Shown here: positions 1 to 8,614 of the stretch, in pieces | Numbering within the stretch: the first letter of the stretch is position 1 | Layout: every line of letters begins with the position of its first letter | Assembly: GCA_900538885.1 (NCBI GenBank) | Contig: UQAI01000002.1 | Span: 19,211-83,210, forward strand | Length of the DNA stretch: 64,000 nt | From: an uncultured Mollicutes bacterium | GTDB lineage: Bacteria; Bacillota_I; Bacilli_A; ML615J-28; CAG-313 | Reading direction: 5' to 3' | Notes under the pieces: model-generated | Seen by the model: the letters and a program-made list of their open reading frames with translations, nothing else | Database searches by the model: none | What the model was told of the DNA's origin: nothing | Position numbers and translations under genes: made by a program

Positions 1-11
1 TAATTAACCAA

Positions 12-329
12 ATGATTAAAGAATATGATGTAGAAACGGAATATCGAAATGCTTATGATGTTGCTAGTAAGTACCAAAAGCAAAACACTAAATATCCAAT
101 TAAAAAACAAAAAGAATTAATTTATCAAAAATTATTAAGAAGCGGATATCATAGTGAAGTTATCAACAAGGTTTTAGAAAGCCTAGAGTATGGTGAAGAT
201 TCACAAGAAAATCTTGAAAAAGAATATTTAAAAATTGTTTCAAAAACAACAGATCGTAATAAAATTATTACCTCACTTCTTGCGAAAGGATATAAATACG
301 AAGACATAAAAAAACTATTCAATAAATAG
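12..329 (+). CDS. recX: RecX-like regulatory protein, C-terminal part. It may be N-terminally truncated by the window edge.
   Basis: ORF at window start. Repeated helical KGY...I..L modules (LLRSGYHSEVINKVLESL, LLAKGYKYEDIKKLF) are typical of RecX three-helix repeats. Confidence 0.4.
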   Translation: MIKEYDVETEYRNAYDVASKYQKQNTKYPIKKQKELIYQKLLRSGYHSEVINKVLESLEYGEDSQENLEKEYLKIVSKTTDRNKIITSLLAKGYKYEDIKKLFNK

Positions 330-372
330 TCTAAAAAAAATAAAGTGTTCATATATATTAGTGGTGATATAA

Positions 373-513
373 ATGAATACAAAAAAGAAACTCGTTAAAG
401 AAGGACTCCGTAATATTGGTAATAATTTAGTGAAAGAACAAGAAATAGAAAAAAACTTGTACTATGAAATTTCTAAAGAAATTCATCAAGACAAGAAAAA
501 AACAAATAAATAA
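373..513 (+). CDS. Small hypothetical protein, 46 aa (MNTKKKLVKEGLRNIGNNLVKEQEIEKNLYYEISKEIHQDKKKTNK).
   Basis: Short ORF absent from the track (<60 aa). It has a weak GTGGTGA RBS and sits between recX and the riboswitch. No recognisable domain. Confidence 0.2.
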   Translation: MNTKKKLVKEGLRNIGNNLVKEQEIEKNLYYEISKEIHQDKKKTNK

Positions 514-514
514 A

Positions 515-650
515 TTCAGGGCAGGGTGCAATTCCCGACCGGTGGTATAGTCCACGAGCATTAGCATGATTTGGTGAAATTCCAAAACCGATAGTGATAG
601 TCTAGATAAAAGAATTAATAAAATAATGCCCTCATAGGGGCATTTTTCTT
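515..650 (+). promoter_or_regulatory. FMN riboswitch (RFN element) with an intrinsic terminator as its expression platform.
   Basis: Near-consensus RFN core CAGGGCAGGGTGCAATTCCCGACCGGTGGTATAGTCC...GGTGAAATTCCAAAACCGATAGTGATAGTCTAGATAAAAGAA. This is followed by hairpin TGCCCTCATAGGGGCA plus a T-run at 627-650, immediately upstream of the RBS (AGAGG) of the downstream ORF. Confidence 0.85.
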
Positions 651-661
651 TAGAGGTGAAT

Positions 662-2377
662 ATGAAAAATCGTCGAGAATTAATTAATAGAATCACAAAA
701 GTTGGAATATTTGGAGCGATAAGTGTCGTTTTGTATGACTTTGTTAAATTTCCACTTCCTTTTTTTCCATCATTTTTAGAAATTAATTTTTCAATGTTAC
801 CTATCATTTTAATAGCACTTGCATATGGGCCAATTGATGCTTGTATTATTGTAATATTAAGATTTTTATTAAAACTTCCATTATCACATACGGCTTATGT
901 AGGTGAATTAGGTGATCTAATTATTGGACTTTTAATAGTGATTCCAAGTAGTTTATGTTATAAATTTAACCGCACCAAAAAAGGTGGATTAATAGCTTTA
1001 ATTATAGCTTTTTTTGTTTGGATTTTTGTGGGGACATTATCAAATTTAATTACCATTCCAATTTATATTAAAATGTTTTATGGTAATGCTACTAATTTAA
1101 TTAAAGATTTAACAATGATTCCAGGGGTTACGGAATCCAATTATATGCTAAAATATTTACTATTTGGAGCTCTTCCTTTTAATGCTTTAGTAGCGATTGT
1201 TGTATGTTTAATTACTTACTTTGTATATAAAAAAATATCAATAATATTTAAACATGATTTTTTAAATCATCAAGAAAATAGCCAAAAAGTAATGGTAATG
1301 ATTGATTCATTTAAAGGAACATTAACATCTAAAAAGGCTGGTAATATCGTAAAAGAAACTATTCAAAATAAAAATATCAAAGTAGATGTAATTTCCATTT
1401 CTGATGGTGGCGAAGGATTCCTTGAAGTTATAAAAGAAGCTAAAAAACTTGAGTATAAAAAACTTGATGTGCACGATGCAATAGGAAGAATTCATCAAGC
1501 AAGATATTTGTATGATAGTAAAAATCTTACTGCTTATTTTGAACTTGCGGAAACATGCGGCATTAATAATCTAAAAAAAGAAGAACTTGATCCATATCAT
1601 GCTTCTAGCTATGGATTAGGCGAACAAATTAAAAAAACATTATCAATCAATAAAACTAAAAAAATAGTTGTAGGTATTGGAGGAAGTGCAAGCTCAGATG
1701 CGGGAAGTGGAATGCTTGAGGCGCTTGGTGTTAAATTCTATGATAAACAAGGAAACTTAATAACTAACCTAAATAACGCATCACTCGCAAAAGTAGAAGA
1801 TGTTGATATAATAGAAACTAGTACCATTTTAAAAGATATTGAAATAGTTGTTTTAACTGATGTTACTAATCCTCTTCTTGGTGAAAAAGGTGCTGTATAT
1901 GTGTTTAGTCCCCAGAAAGGTGCAACACCAAATGATTTACCTGTGTTAGAATCCCATATTAAACATTTTGTTGATGTTATAAAAACAAAACTACCTAATT
2001 GTGATTTATCAAATACCTCAGGTGATGGTGCTGCAGGCGGGGTAGGATTTGCTTTTAGTAAAATTTTAAAAGGTACCCTAAAGTCAGGTGCTGATACAAT
2101 CCTCGATTTAGTAGATTTTAAACAAATATGTGAATCGTATGATGTAGTTATAACAGGAGAGGGAAAATTTGATAGTCAAACCTTAAATGGTAAAATCATT
2201 AAAGGTATAATGGAATATAAACCAAAACGTCTAATAGTTGTAACAGGTACTTCAGAAATTACAACTAATCAAGCTGAAGTATATGCGATAGTACCCAATA
2301 TTTGTACTTTAAATGAATCACTTAAAAATCCTGAAGAATCATTACGCAAACTCGTTAAAACAATAAAATTTAAATAA
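662..2377 (+). CDS. Fusion protein: an N-terminal RibU-like ECF transporter S component (about 200 aa, multi-TM) fused to a C-terminal glycerate kinase family domain (GlxK/GarK, PF02595-like).
   Basis: The N-terminal half matches riboflavin S-component features (NRRELINRITKVGIFGAISVVL...LPFNALVAIVV, like RibU LPFNALQ). The C-terminal half has glycerate-kinase motifs MIDSFKGTLTS, ISDGGEG, GIGGSASSDAGSGMLEALG, VLTDVTNPLLGEKGAVYVFSPQKGA, ITGEGKFDSQTLNGK. It is a single uninterrupted frame. The likely start is ATG 662 (the track uses GTG 656), with RBS AGAGG. Confidence 0.8.
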   Translation: MKNRRELINRITKVGIFGAISVVLYDFVKFPLPFFPSFLEINFSMLPIILIALAYGPIDACIIVILRFLLKLPLSHTAYVGELGDLIIGLLIVIPSSLCYKFNRTKKGGLIALIIAFFVWIFVGTLSNLITIPIYIKMFYGNATNLIKDLTMIPGVTESNYMLKYLLFGALPFNALVAIVVCLITYFVYKKISIIFKHDFLNHQENSQKVMVMIDSFKGTLTSKKAGNIVKETIQNKNIKVDVISISDGGEGFLEVIKEAKKLEYKKLDVHDAIGRIHQARYLYDSKNLTAYFELAETCGINNLKKEELDPYHASSYGLGEQIKKTLSINKTKKIVVGIGGSASSDAGSGMLEALGVKFYDKQGNLITNLNNASLAKVEDVDIIETSTILKDIEIVVLTDVTNPLLGEKGAVYVFSPQKGATPNDLPVLESHIKHFVDVIKTKLPNCDLSNTSGDGAAGGVGFAFSKILKGTLKSGADTILDLVDFKQICESYDVVITGEGKFDSQTLNGKIIKGIMEYKPKRLIVVTGTSEITTNQAEVYAIVPNICTLNESLKNPEESLRKLVKTIKFK

Positions 2378-2428
2378 GTTGAAAAAAATTGTAAATAGTG
2401 CTAAAATATGGTCAAGAGGTATAGAAAT

Positions 2429-3097
2429 ATGAGTGAAAATAGAAAATGTAGTAATTGTGGATTTGAATTAAATGAGGGGGCAATGTTTTGTACAAACTGT
2501 GGGATGAGACAGGTTATAAAAGCAGTTCAAGAACCAAAACCACGCTGTGTTGAGTGCGGTCATGAAATTGATAAAGATACAGTATTTTGTACAACATGCG
2601 GAGTAAAACAACCTAAAAACACACAACCAACAATACCAGTAGTTAAACAAACAAAAACATGTGTTAATTGTGGTGCCCCATTAGATGATGATTCAGTATT
2701 TTGTACAGAATGTGGAGCCAAAATAGAAAAAGAAGGAAAAGAAAAAGTAGTCTTAGAAGAAACAACTAAAAACGTATGTCCAACTTGCAAGGCAGTGTTA
2801 GAAGAAGGAGCTTCATTTTGTACAGAATGTGGAGCCAAAATAGAAAAAGAAGGAAAAGAAAAGGTAGTCTTAGAAGAAACAACTAAAAACGTATGTCCAA
2901 CTTGCAAGGCAGTGTTAGAAGAAGGAGTTTCATTTTGTACAGAATGTGGAGCCAAAATAAAAGGTGAAACTCCATCAAGTCATAGTGATAACTCAGTTGA
3001 AGTACTTAAGAAACTAAAAGAACTCCGCGAGTTAGAACTTATTACTGAAGAAGAATACATTGAAAAGAAAAAAGAAGTATTAAATAATTTAAGATAA
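2429..3097 (+). CDS. Cytoplasmic protein with five zinc-ribbon repeats and a C-terminal SHOCT domain.
   Basis: Five CxxC-(11-12)-CxxC units (CSNCG..FCTNCG, CVECG..FCTTCG, CVNCG..FCTECG, CPTCK..FCTECG x2). C-terminal VEVLKKLKELRELELITEEEYIEKKKEVL is SHOCT-like. RBS AGAGG lies before ATG 2429. ATG 2408 falls inside the promoter TTGAAA-17-TAAAAT. Confidence 0.7.
   Translation: MSENRKCSNCGFELNEGAMFCTNCGMRQVIKAVQEPKPRCVECGHEIDKDTVFCTTCGVKQPKNTQPTIPVVKQTKTCVNCGAPLDDDSVFCTECGAKIEKEGKEKVVLEETTKNVCPTCKAVLEEGASFCTECGAKIEKEGKEKVVLEETTKNVCPTCKAVLEEGVSFCTECGAKIKGETPSSHSDNSVEVLKKLKELRELELITEEEYIEKKKEVLNNLR
2699..2960 (+). repeat. 117-bp direct tandem repeat: two full copies plus about 27 bp of a third, differing at 2 positions. 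It encodes a duplicated 39-aa zinc-ribbon unit.
   Basis: Copies at 2699-2815 and 2816-2932 differ only by aaaaagtag/aaaaggtag and gagcttc/gagtttc. The period is 117 bp, so it is frame-preserving. Confidence 0.9.
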
Positions 3098-3106
3098 CAA
3101 AGAAAT

Positions 3107-3134
3107 GATTTGGGCCTCCAAATCTTTCTTTTTG
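3107..3134 (+). terminator. Rho-independent terminator after the zinc-ribbon gene.
   Basis: Hairpin GATTTGG-gcct-CCAAATC followed by TTTCTTTTT. Confidence 0.5.
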
Positions 3135-3144
3135 GAGGAAATAA

Positions 3145-4683
3145 ATGGGTTGGTTTAATTATCTAGGATTAATAATGATTGTGGTGTTACTCACGCCTAA
3201 CATCATTTGTTATATGAAAAACAAAGAAGCTTTTGATAATAATAGTAGTATAAGTAAAGGACTAGAAAATACTGAAAAGTTTAGTCGTTTAGGTTCAATG
3301 TTGTTATTAGTATTTAATATTCCATATACTTACATTGGATTTTATTTTGATAGTGCATTAGTCGTTTATATTATTATAAACAGTTGTTTATTACTAGCGT
3401 ATGTTTTAACGTGGATAATTTTATGGAAAAAAAACACATGCATAAAAGCATTGCTTTTATCACTACTACCTACTATTATGTTTGTATTTTCTGGTATTAT
3501 GGTTGTGAGTATTCCTCTTATAATACTATCAATAATTTTCATGATTACTCATATTATGATATCAATGAAAAGTGGTCTTAAAAATGATGAAAAGCCAAAA
3601 AAGAAAAAGAGAATAATAATAACTTTATTTGTTTTTTTTATTGCCTTAGTATCTGTAGTAATTTTAACTATTATTGGCATAATAACTAATCGATTATATT
3701 CATTAAAAAAATTAGATTCTATGAGTATATCTGATATGATTGAATATGATGTAACTAGTGGAAATAAAAAAATTAGTATAGCTTATATTGATCATGGTAA
3801 CATAACATACTATGTTAATAATAGAGTTAGTGATGAAATTTATGATTATGAAATTGGATCGTTAAGTAAAACTTTTGTTGGATTATTAATTAGCAAAGCA
3901 GAAGCTGAACATAAATTAAGTTTAGATGATTCAATTAGTAAATATTTAGATTTAGAAGAAGATAAATATTATCCAACTATTGAACGTTTACTTACCCATA
4001 CATCAGGATACAAACCTTACTATTTTGAAGGACAAATGATTAAAAACAAATTAGCACAAGTAAGTAATGATTTTTATGGTATTAGTAAAAATAAAATAAT
4101 TGAAAGAGTAAAAAAAGAAGAACTAAGTGATCGAGATTATCCTTTTGAATATTCTAACTTTGGTATCGCGGTAGTGGGGCTTGTGTTAGAAAGTATTTAT
4201 AAGACGGATTTTACTAGCTTAATGAACGCATATATTAAAAATGAATTAGGATTAAGTGATACTGCTGTTTTAAAAGAAGGTAGAAATCTTTCTGGTTATT
4301 GGTCTTGGCAAAATCAAGATGGTTACATACCTGCAGGTGCGATTAAATCAAATATTGTAGATATGGCTAATTATTTATCTTTATACATGAATAATAGTTT
4401 AGATTACATAGGTTCTACAACTTCTAAAATAAAAACCATCAATGCTAATAATCAAGTATATGAAAAAATGAATATCCGGATGGATGCCATCGGAATGACA
4501 TGGGTGATTGATGAAACCAATAATCTAATATGGCATAATGGCGGAACTTCTAAATTTAACACCTATATGGGCTTTAATATGGAAAAAACAAGAGGAGTAG
4601 TCATTTTAAGTAATCTTGGGCCAAATGAAAGAATATCAATGAGTGTAATTGGTGCGAAGATATTAATAGAAGGATATAGATGA
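3145..4683 (+). CDS. Membrane-anchored serine hydrolase. An N-terminal polytopic domain (about 5 TM) is fused to a beta-lactamase/transpeptidase-fold domain (class C / PF00144-like).
   Basis: RBS GGAGG. Hydrophobic N-terminal 190 aa. Catalytic motifs are SxxK (SLSKTF), YxN (EYSNFG) and HxG (WHNGGT). Confidence 0.75.
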   Translation: MGWFNYLGLIMIVVLLTPNIICYMKNKEAFDNNSSISKGLENTEKFSRLGSMLLLVFNIPYTYIGFYFDSALVVYIIINSCLLLAYVLTWIILWKKNTCIKALLLSLLPTIMFVFSGIMVVSIPLIILSIIFMITHIMISMKSGLKNDEKPKKKKRIIITLFVFFIALVSVVILTIIGIITNRLYSLKKLDSMSISDMIEYDVTSGNKKISIAYIDHGNITYYVNNRVSDEIYDYEIGSLSKTFVGLLISKAEAEHKLSLDDSISKYLDLEEDKYYPTIERLLTHTSGYKPYYFEGQMIKNKLAQVSNDFYGISKNKIIERVKKEELSDRDYPFEYSNFGIAVVGLVLESIYKTDFTSLMNAYIKNELGLSDTAVLKEGRNLSGYWSWQNQDGYIPAGAIKSNIVDMANYLSLYMNNSLDYIGSTTSKIKTINANNQVYEKMNIRMDAIGMTWVIDETNNLIWHNGGTSKFNTYMGFNMEKTRGVVILSNLGPNERISMSVIGAKILIEGYR

Positions 4684-4778
4684 TAATATAAACATTATGT
4701 AACTATAATTGACGATATGGATTTGTAAGGTTAGTGAATAATTAAATATTAAAAAACCAGGACAGCTAGTGTTCTGGT

Positions 4779-5591
4779 TTATTCTTTATGTTCAAAAAAG
4801 TTTTTAAGAAATTTTAACACCCCTTGATTTTTCGCATCATCAGTTTGGTATTTAGCATGTTTTAATAGTTCAGGGTGTGCATTCTTCATCGCAACACTGA
4901 TATGAGCAGATTCAAGTAGTCCAATATCGTTGTGTCCATCGCCTATCGCAATCGTATGTTTATGATCGATATGATAGTACTCAATTGCTTCTAAAAATCC
5001 TTTCTTTTTATCAACTAAAGGATTATATATTTCCACAATATTAAATCCATCCATATACCAATAGCGTGAAAAAAGTTTGCCATGATATTCATTTTGAATG
5101 TAATTTTCAAATAAATTAATGTGGTCTTTATCAATAAAGAAAAGTGCACCATTAGGATTGTCAGGTAAACTATCCTTTAATTCACCAATATGAAGGATAC
5201 CACCATCAACATGCAAGAAAGGGTGAATTTCATCATTATAATTCATCACATAAATATCATCAATAATTTCACAAAAAACATTAATTAAGGCTGGTCTAAT
5301 ATGTTCAATAATTTCTAATAAATCATCTTTATCAATTCTTAAATCAGTAACAGGAAATGATGAATCGGTAGGATTAGTAACCCTCGCGCCATTATAATTA
5401 ATAAGAGGAGTATTAAGCCCTAACTTTTTATAAATAAAATAACTTGAGCGAAATGGTCTTCCGGTAGCGAGCATAATAATGTTTCCGTCATCTTTTAGTT
5501 TTCGTAAATATGCGAAAGTCTCATCATCACAAGTGCTAAAGTCAGGCATAAGGGTTCCATCTAAATCTAATACAATTAAATAAGGTTTCAT
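4779..5591 (-). CDS. Cof-type HAD-IIB family phosphatase.
   Basis: N-terminal MKPYLIVLDLDGTLM (DxDGT motif). Also ATGRPF, and AIGDGHNDIGLLESAHISVAMKNA (GDGxND). RBS GGAGG lies 6 nt before ATG 5591. The track's longer TTG 5609 start is unlikely. Confidence 0.8.
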   Translation of the reverse strand: MKPYLIVLDLDGTLMPDFSTCDDETFAYLRKLKDDGNIIMLATGRPFRSSYFIYKKLGLNTPLINYNGARVTNPTDSSFPVTDLRIDKDDLLEIIEHIRPALINVFCEIIDDIYVMNYNDEIHPFLHVDGGILHIGELKDSLPDNPNGALFFIDKDHINLFENYIQNEYHGKLFSRYWYMDGFNIVEIYNPLVDKKKGFLEAIEYYHIDHKHTIAIGDGHNDIGLLESAHISVAMKNAHPELLKHAKYQTDDAKNQGVLKFLKNFFEHKE

Positions 5592-5730
5592 AAGCATCCT
5601 CCATTTCAATTTATAATTATAACTTAATTTGTCGATAATTGCAATGAAAAAAGTTTCTTATTTTTTTGGTTGCACTTTTAAAGTATTTGTAGTAAAATTA
5701 ATAGATAGCAAATATAAGGGAAAAAAGAAT

Positions 5731-6546
5731 ATGACAATACTCAGCATTCAAAATATTGATGATTTTTTTACTGATTTATTTAAGAAATTAGGAGAAACAT
5801 TTACAATCCAAACATTTATTGTATTATTAATAGGAATAATTTTAGGTTTTGTTATTTGTGGTGCACTATATGGCTTGATGATGATTTTTTCATTAAAAAG
5901 TGAACAAACCACTAGGAAGGATAAAAAATTAAACATTACTCCTAATAATGAAAAAATAATAAAAGAAGTCGAAGAAATCAAAAGTAAATTCTTAGAAACT
6001 TCTGAGGGATTTACAATGAAAGAAAGATTTCAATATTTAGGATCCACAGTTATGGAAACTATCAATGTTGTGGCCGCGGAATACTATCCTGAGTCTAAAT
6101 ATCCTTTATATGAGTTAACGATTGAAGAATTAATAGTCTTTTTAAGGTATTTGTCATATCGTATTGAAGAAGTGTTTAACAAACCATTTTTAAAAGCTTT
6201 TAAGAAAATGACTATTTCACAAATGTTTAGATTTATGGAAACAAGGAAAAAGATAAGCGACAATAAAGCAGTTAAAGCCGCAACTAAACTGAATAGTAGT
6301 AAATTTAAACAAATAATTATGGGTATTGTCAATTATGCTAATCCCATATATTGGATTAAAAAATTGGTAGTTGGTACTACCATTAATATTGCGATTCGTA
6401 AAATGTGTATTGTAATTATTGATATTGTTTCTGATGAAACTAATAAAACATATAGTAAAGCTATCTTCAATAAAGAACAACAAATATATCAAGAAGAAAT
6501 TAACAAAGAATTACAACAAATAGAGGAGGATATGAAAAATGAGTAA
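5731..6546 (+). CDS. Hypothetical membrane protein with an N-terminal TM segment and a charged, coiled-coil-rich cytoplasmic part. It is translationally coupled to the ftsK-like gene.
   Basis: Hydrophobic stretch FIVLLIGIILGFVICGALYGLMMIF. Its stop overlaps the downstream start (ATGAGTAA). The track ORF starts at 5629, but ATG 5731 with RBS AAGGGA is more plausible. Confidence 0.5.
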   Translation: MTILSIQNIDDFFTDLFKKLGETFTIQTFIVLLIGIILGFVICGALYGLMMIFSLKSEQTTRKDKKLNITPNNEKIIKEVEEIKSKFLETSEGFTMKERFQYLGSTVMETINVVAAEYYPESKYPLYELTIEELIVFLRYLSYRIEEVFNKPFLKAFKKMTISQMFRFMETRKKISDNKAVKAATKLNSSKFKQIIMGIVNYANPIYWIKKLVVGTTINIAIRKMCIVIIDIVSDETNKTYSKAIFNKEQQIYQEEINKELQQIEEDMKNE

Positions 6547-8596
6547 AGAAACTGAAACAAAACGTGAATTTTATGTGTTTCGTGTAACTAGAGAAAACGA
6601 ACCAACCCCAGTAGAAGATAATCAAAAAGATGAAAAATATATAATATCACCTCATCATGGAAAGCAACCAGATAAAACCGTAAATGAAAGAATGGGTTAT
6701 CATCGTGATCCTTCGACCTATGATTTTATTAGACCAAATCGTGGCTTAAATAAAGAATATTATGAACGTTATCAACAAGATTTAGAAAAAGAAAAAAGAA
6801 ATACAATTAGACTTGATGAAGAAACAACAACTACAGTAGAACCAGTTATATCAAGTAATAACATAAAAGAAGAAGATTATGTTGGTAGTAGAGGCTATTA
6901 TGTTGATGAAACTGAGACAGATAATGCTTCAATTGAAGATTTACCAGATGATTTCTTTTATTCTTTTGAAGAAGAAAAGCCTTCAAACGTTCACCATACT
7001 CCAAGCTCATCAAAGATTGAACCAAAAGAAAAGTCTGAACCAGTTGTTTCAATGCCTAAACCAAGAATGGCAAGTAACCCAGGACTAGAAAAATTAGAAG
7101 AAAAGCGTAGTCCAGTTGTTGAAATTAAAGCTCCAAAAGTTAGTAAATATATACCACCAAAACTAGAATTTCTAAAAAGAACTAATGAAACCGAAGTAGA
7201 TGACGTTAAAGAAGCTGAACATCAAAAAGAAGTTATTAACCAAACCTTAAAAGATTCAGGTATTAAGGCAGAAGTAGCCGGTTATGTATTTGGACCTACG
7301 GTTACCCAATTTATGATTAAAGTTGCTCCAGGAGTAAATGTAAGTGTCATCAACAACTGTGCAAGTAACCTTGCGATGTATTTAGAGGCTGAAAAAATTA
7401 GAATTCAAACCCCAATTCCTGGTAAACCTTATGCAGGAATTGAAGTGCCAAAAAGTGCAAAATACCGTAACATTGTTCATTTAGGTGACATCATTGCTAG
7501 TAAGGAATTTAAAGATACTAAATACAAAATTCCAGTTGTTGTTGGTAAAGACAATTATGGTAGTGCGATGATTTGTGATATTGCGGAAATGCCACACTGC
7601 TTAGTAGCTGGTACAACTAAATCTGGTAAAAGTGTTTGTTTAAATACTTTTATTATTAGTTTACTATATCATTTTTCACCACGTGATTTAAGACTTGTTT
7701 TAATGGATCCTAAAAGAATTGAACTTACAATGTATGAAGAGATTCCTCATCTTGCGATGCCAGTAATAACTGATAAAGAATATTTCCCATCTGCTCTTGG
7801 TTGGGTTTATGAGGAAATGGAACGCCGTTATAAAATGTTTGAATATTATGGTGAAAAAGATTTCAAAGAATTTAATGAACGTTTATTGAAAGAGAAAAAA
7901 CAAAAACTTCCATACATTGTTATGATCATTGATGAATTTGGTGATTGGTTTACAGGTGCTAGTGAAGAAGTCGAAGATATGACTCAAAAAATTGCGGCGA
8001 AAGCTCGTGCAGCCGGCATCCACGTAATCCTTGCTACACAACGTCCATCAAAAGATGTTATTAAAGGTTCAATCAAGGCAAACTTCGATACTCGTTTAGC
8101 ATTTAAAGTATCATCATTTGAAGACTCTAAAGTAATTCTTGGTTCGAGTGGAGCTGAAAAACTTGAAGGTTATGGTGACATGCTTATTAAATATGCCGGA
8201 AGAATTGAAAAAAGACTACAAGGTGCCTTTGTTGGAAATGATGAAATTAAAACAGTTATCTCATATCTTAAAGAAAACAACAAATGTGATTATATTGTAA
8301 CTAAAGAAGAAATTATGCAATCAACTACGACAAGACAAATGGCTCAAAACATTGGTACTGGCCGTACTTCTGGGGTAGATGATGAAAGATTTGAAGAGGT
8401 AGCATACTATGTTGTTCGTAACAAGAATGCTTCAAACAACGCTCTCCTTAGAGAATTTGGTATGGGATTTAACCGCGTTAATGATATTTTAATAGCCCTT
8501 GAAAAATTAGGAGTATTAGGTCCTACTATTAAAGGAAAACAACGTGAAGTTTTAGTTGATGAGTATCAACTAGAAGATATTTTAAAGAATATGTAA
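6539..8596 (+). CDS. ftsK: FtsK/SpoIIIE-family DNA translocase lacking any N-terminal transmembrane domain (SftA-like).
   Basis: Walker A AGTTKSGKS, Walker B IVMIIDEFGD, ILATQRPS, and a C-terminal gamma winged-helix region (YYVVRNKNASNNALLREFGMGFNRVNDILIALEKLGVLGP). The N-terminal 200 aa are hydrophilic with no TM helix. Confidence 0.85.
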   Translation: MSKETETKREFYVFRVTRENEPTPVEDNQKDEKYIISPHHGKQPDKTVNERMGYHRDPSTYDFIRPNRGLNKEYYERYQQDLEKEKRNTIRLDEETTTTVEPVISSNNIKEEDYVGSRGYYVDETETDNASIEDLPDDFFYSFEEEKPSNVHHTPSSSKIEPKEKSEPVVSMPKPRMASNPGLEKLEEKRSPVVEIKAPKVSKYIPPKLEFLKRTNETEVDDVKEAEHQKEVINQTLKDSGIKAEVAGYVFGPTVTQFMIKVAPGVNVSVINNCASNLAMYLEAEKIRIQTPIPGKPYAGIEVPKSAKYRNIVHLGDIIASKEFKDTKYKIPVVVGKDNYGSAMICDIAEMPHCLVAGTTKSGKSVCLNTFIISLLYHFSPRDLRLVLMDPKRIELTMYEEIPHLAMPVITDKEYFPSALGWVYEEMERRYKMFEYYGEKDFKEFNERLLKEKKQKLPYIVMIIDEFGDWFTGASEEVEDMTQKIAAKARAAGIHVILATQRPSKDVIKGSIKANFDTRLAFKVSSFEDSKVILGSSGAEKLEGYGDMLIKYAGRIEKRLQGAFVGNDEIKTVISYLKENNKCDYIVTKEEIMQSTTTRQMAQNIGTGRTSGVDDERFEEVAYYVVRNKNASNNALLREFGMGFNRVNDILIALEKLGVLGPTIKGKQREVLVDEYQLEDILKNM

Positions 8597-8614
8597 AAAT
8601 AAAAGGAGGTAACT

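Noticed and set aside
149-807. Minus-strand ORFs 149-382 and 427-807, overlapping the recX end and the FMN riboswitch.
   Set aside because: They run antisense to a well-supported gene and to a conserved structured RNA. They are low-complexity, have no RBS or homology, and are spurious.
2560-2955. The 131-aa minus-strand ORF across the tandem repeat region.
   Set aside because: An artefact of the repeated sequence being read antisense. The plus-strand zinc-ribbon protein has a clear domain structure and RBS.
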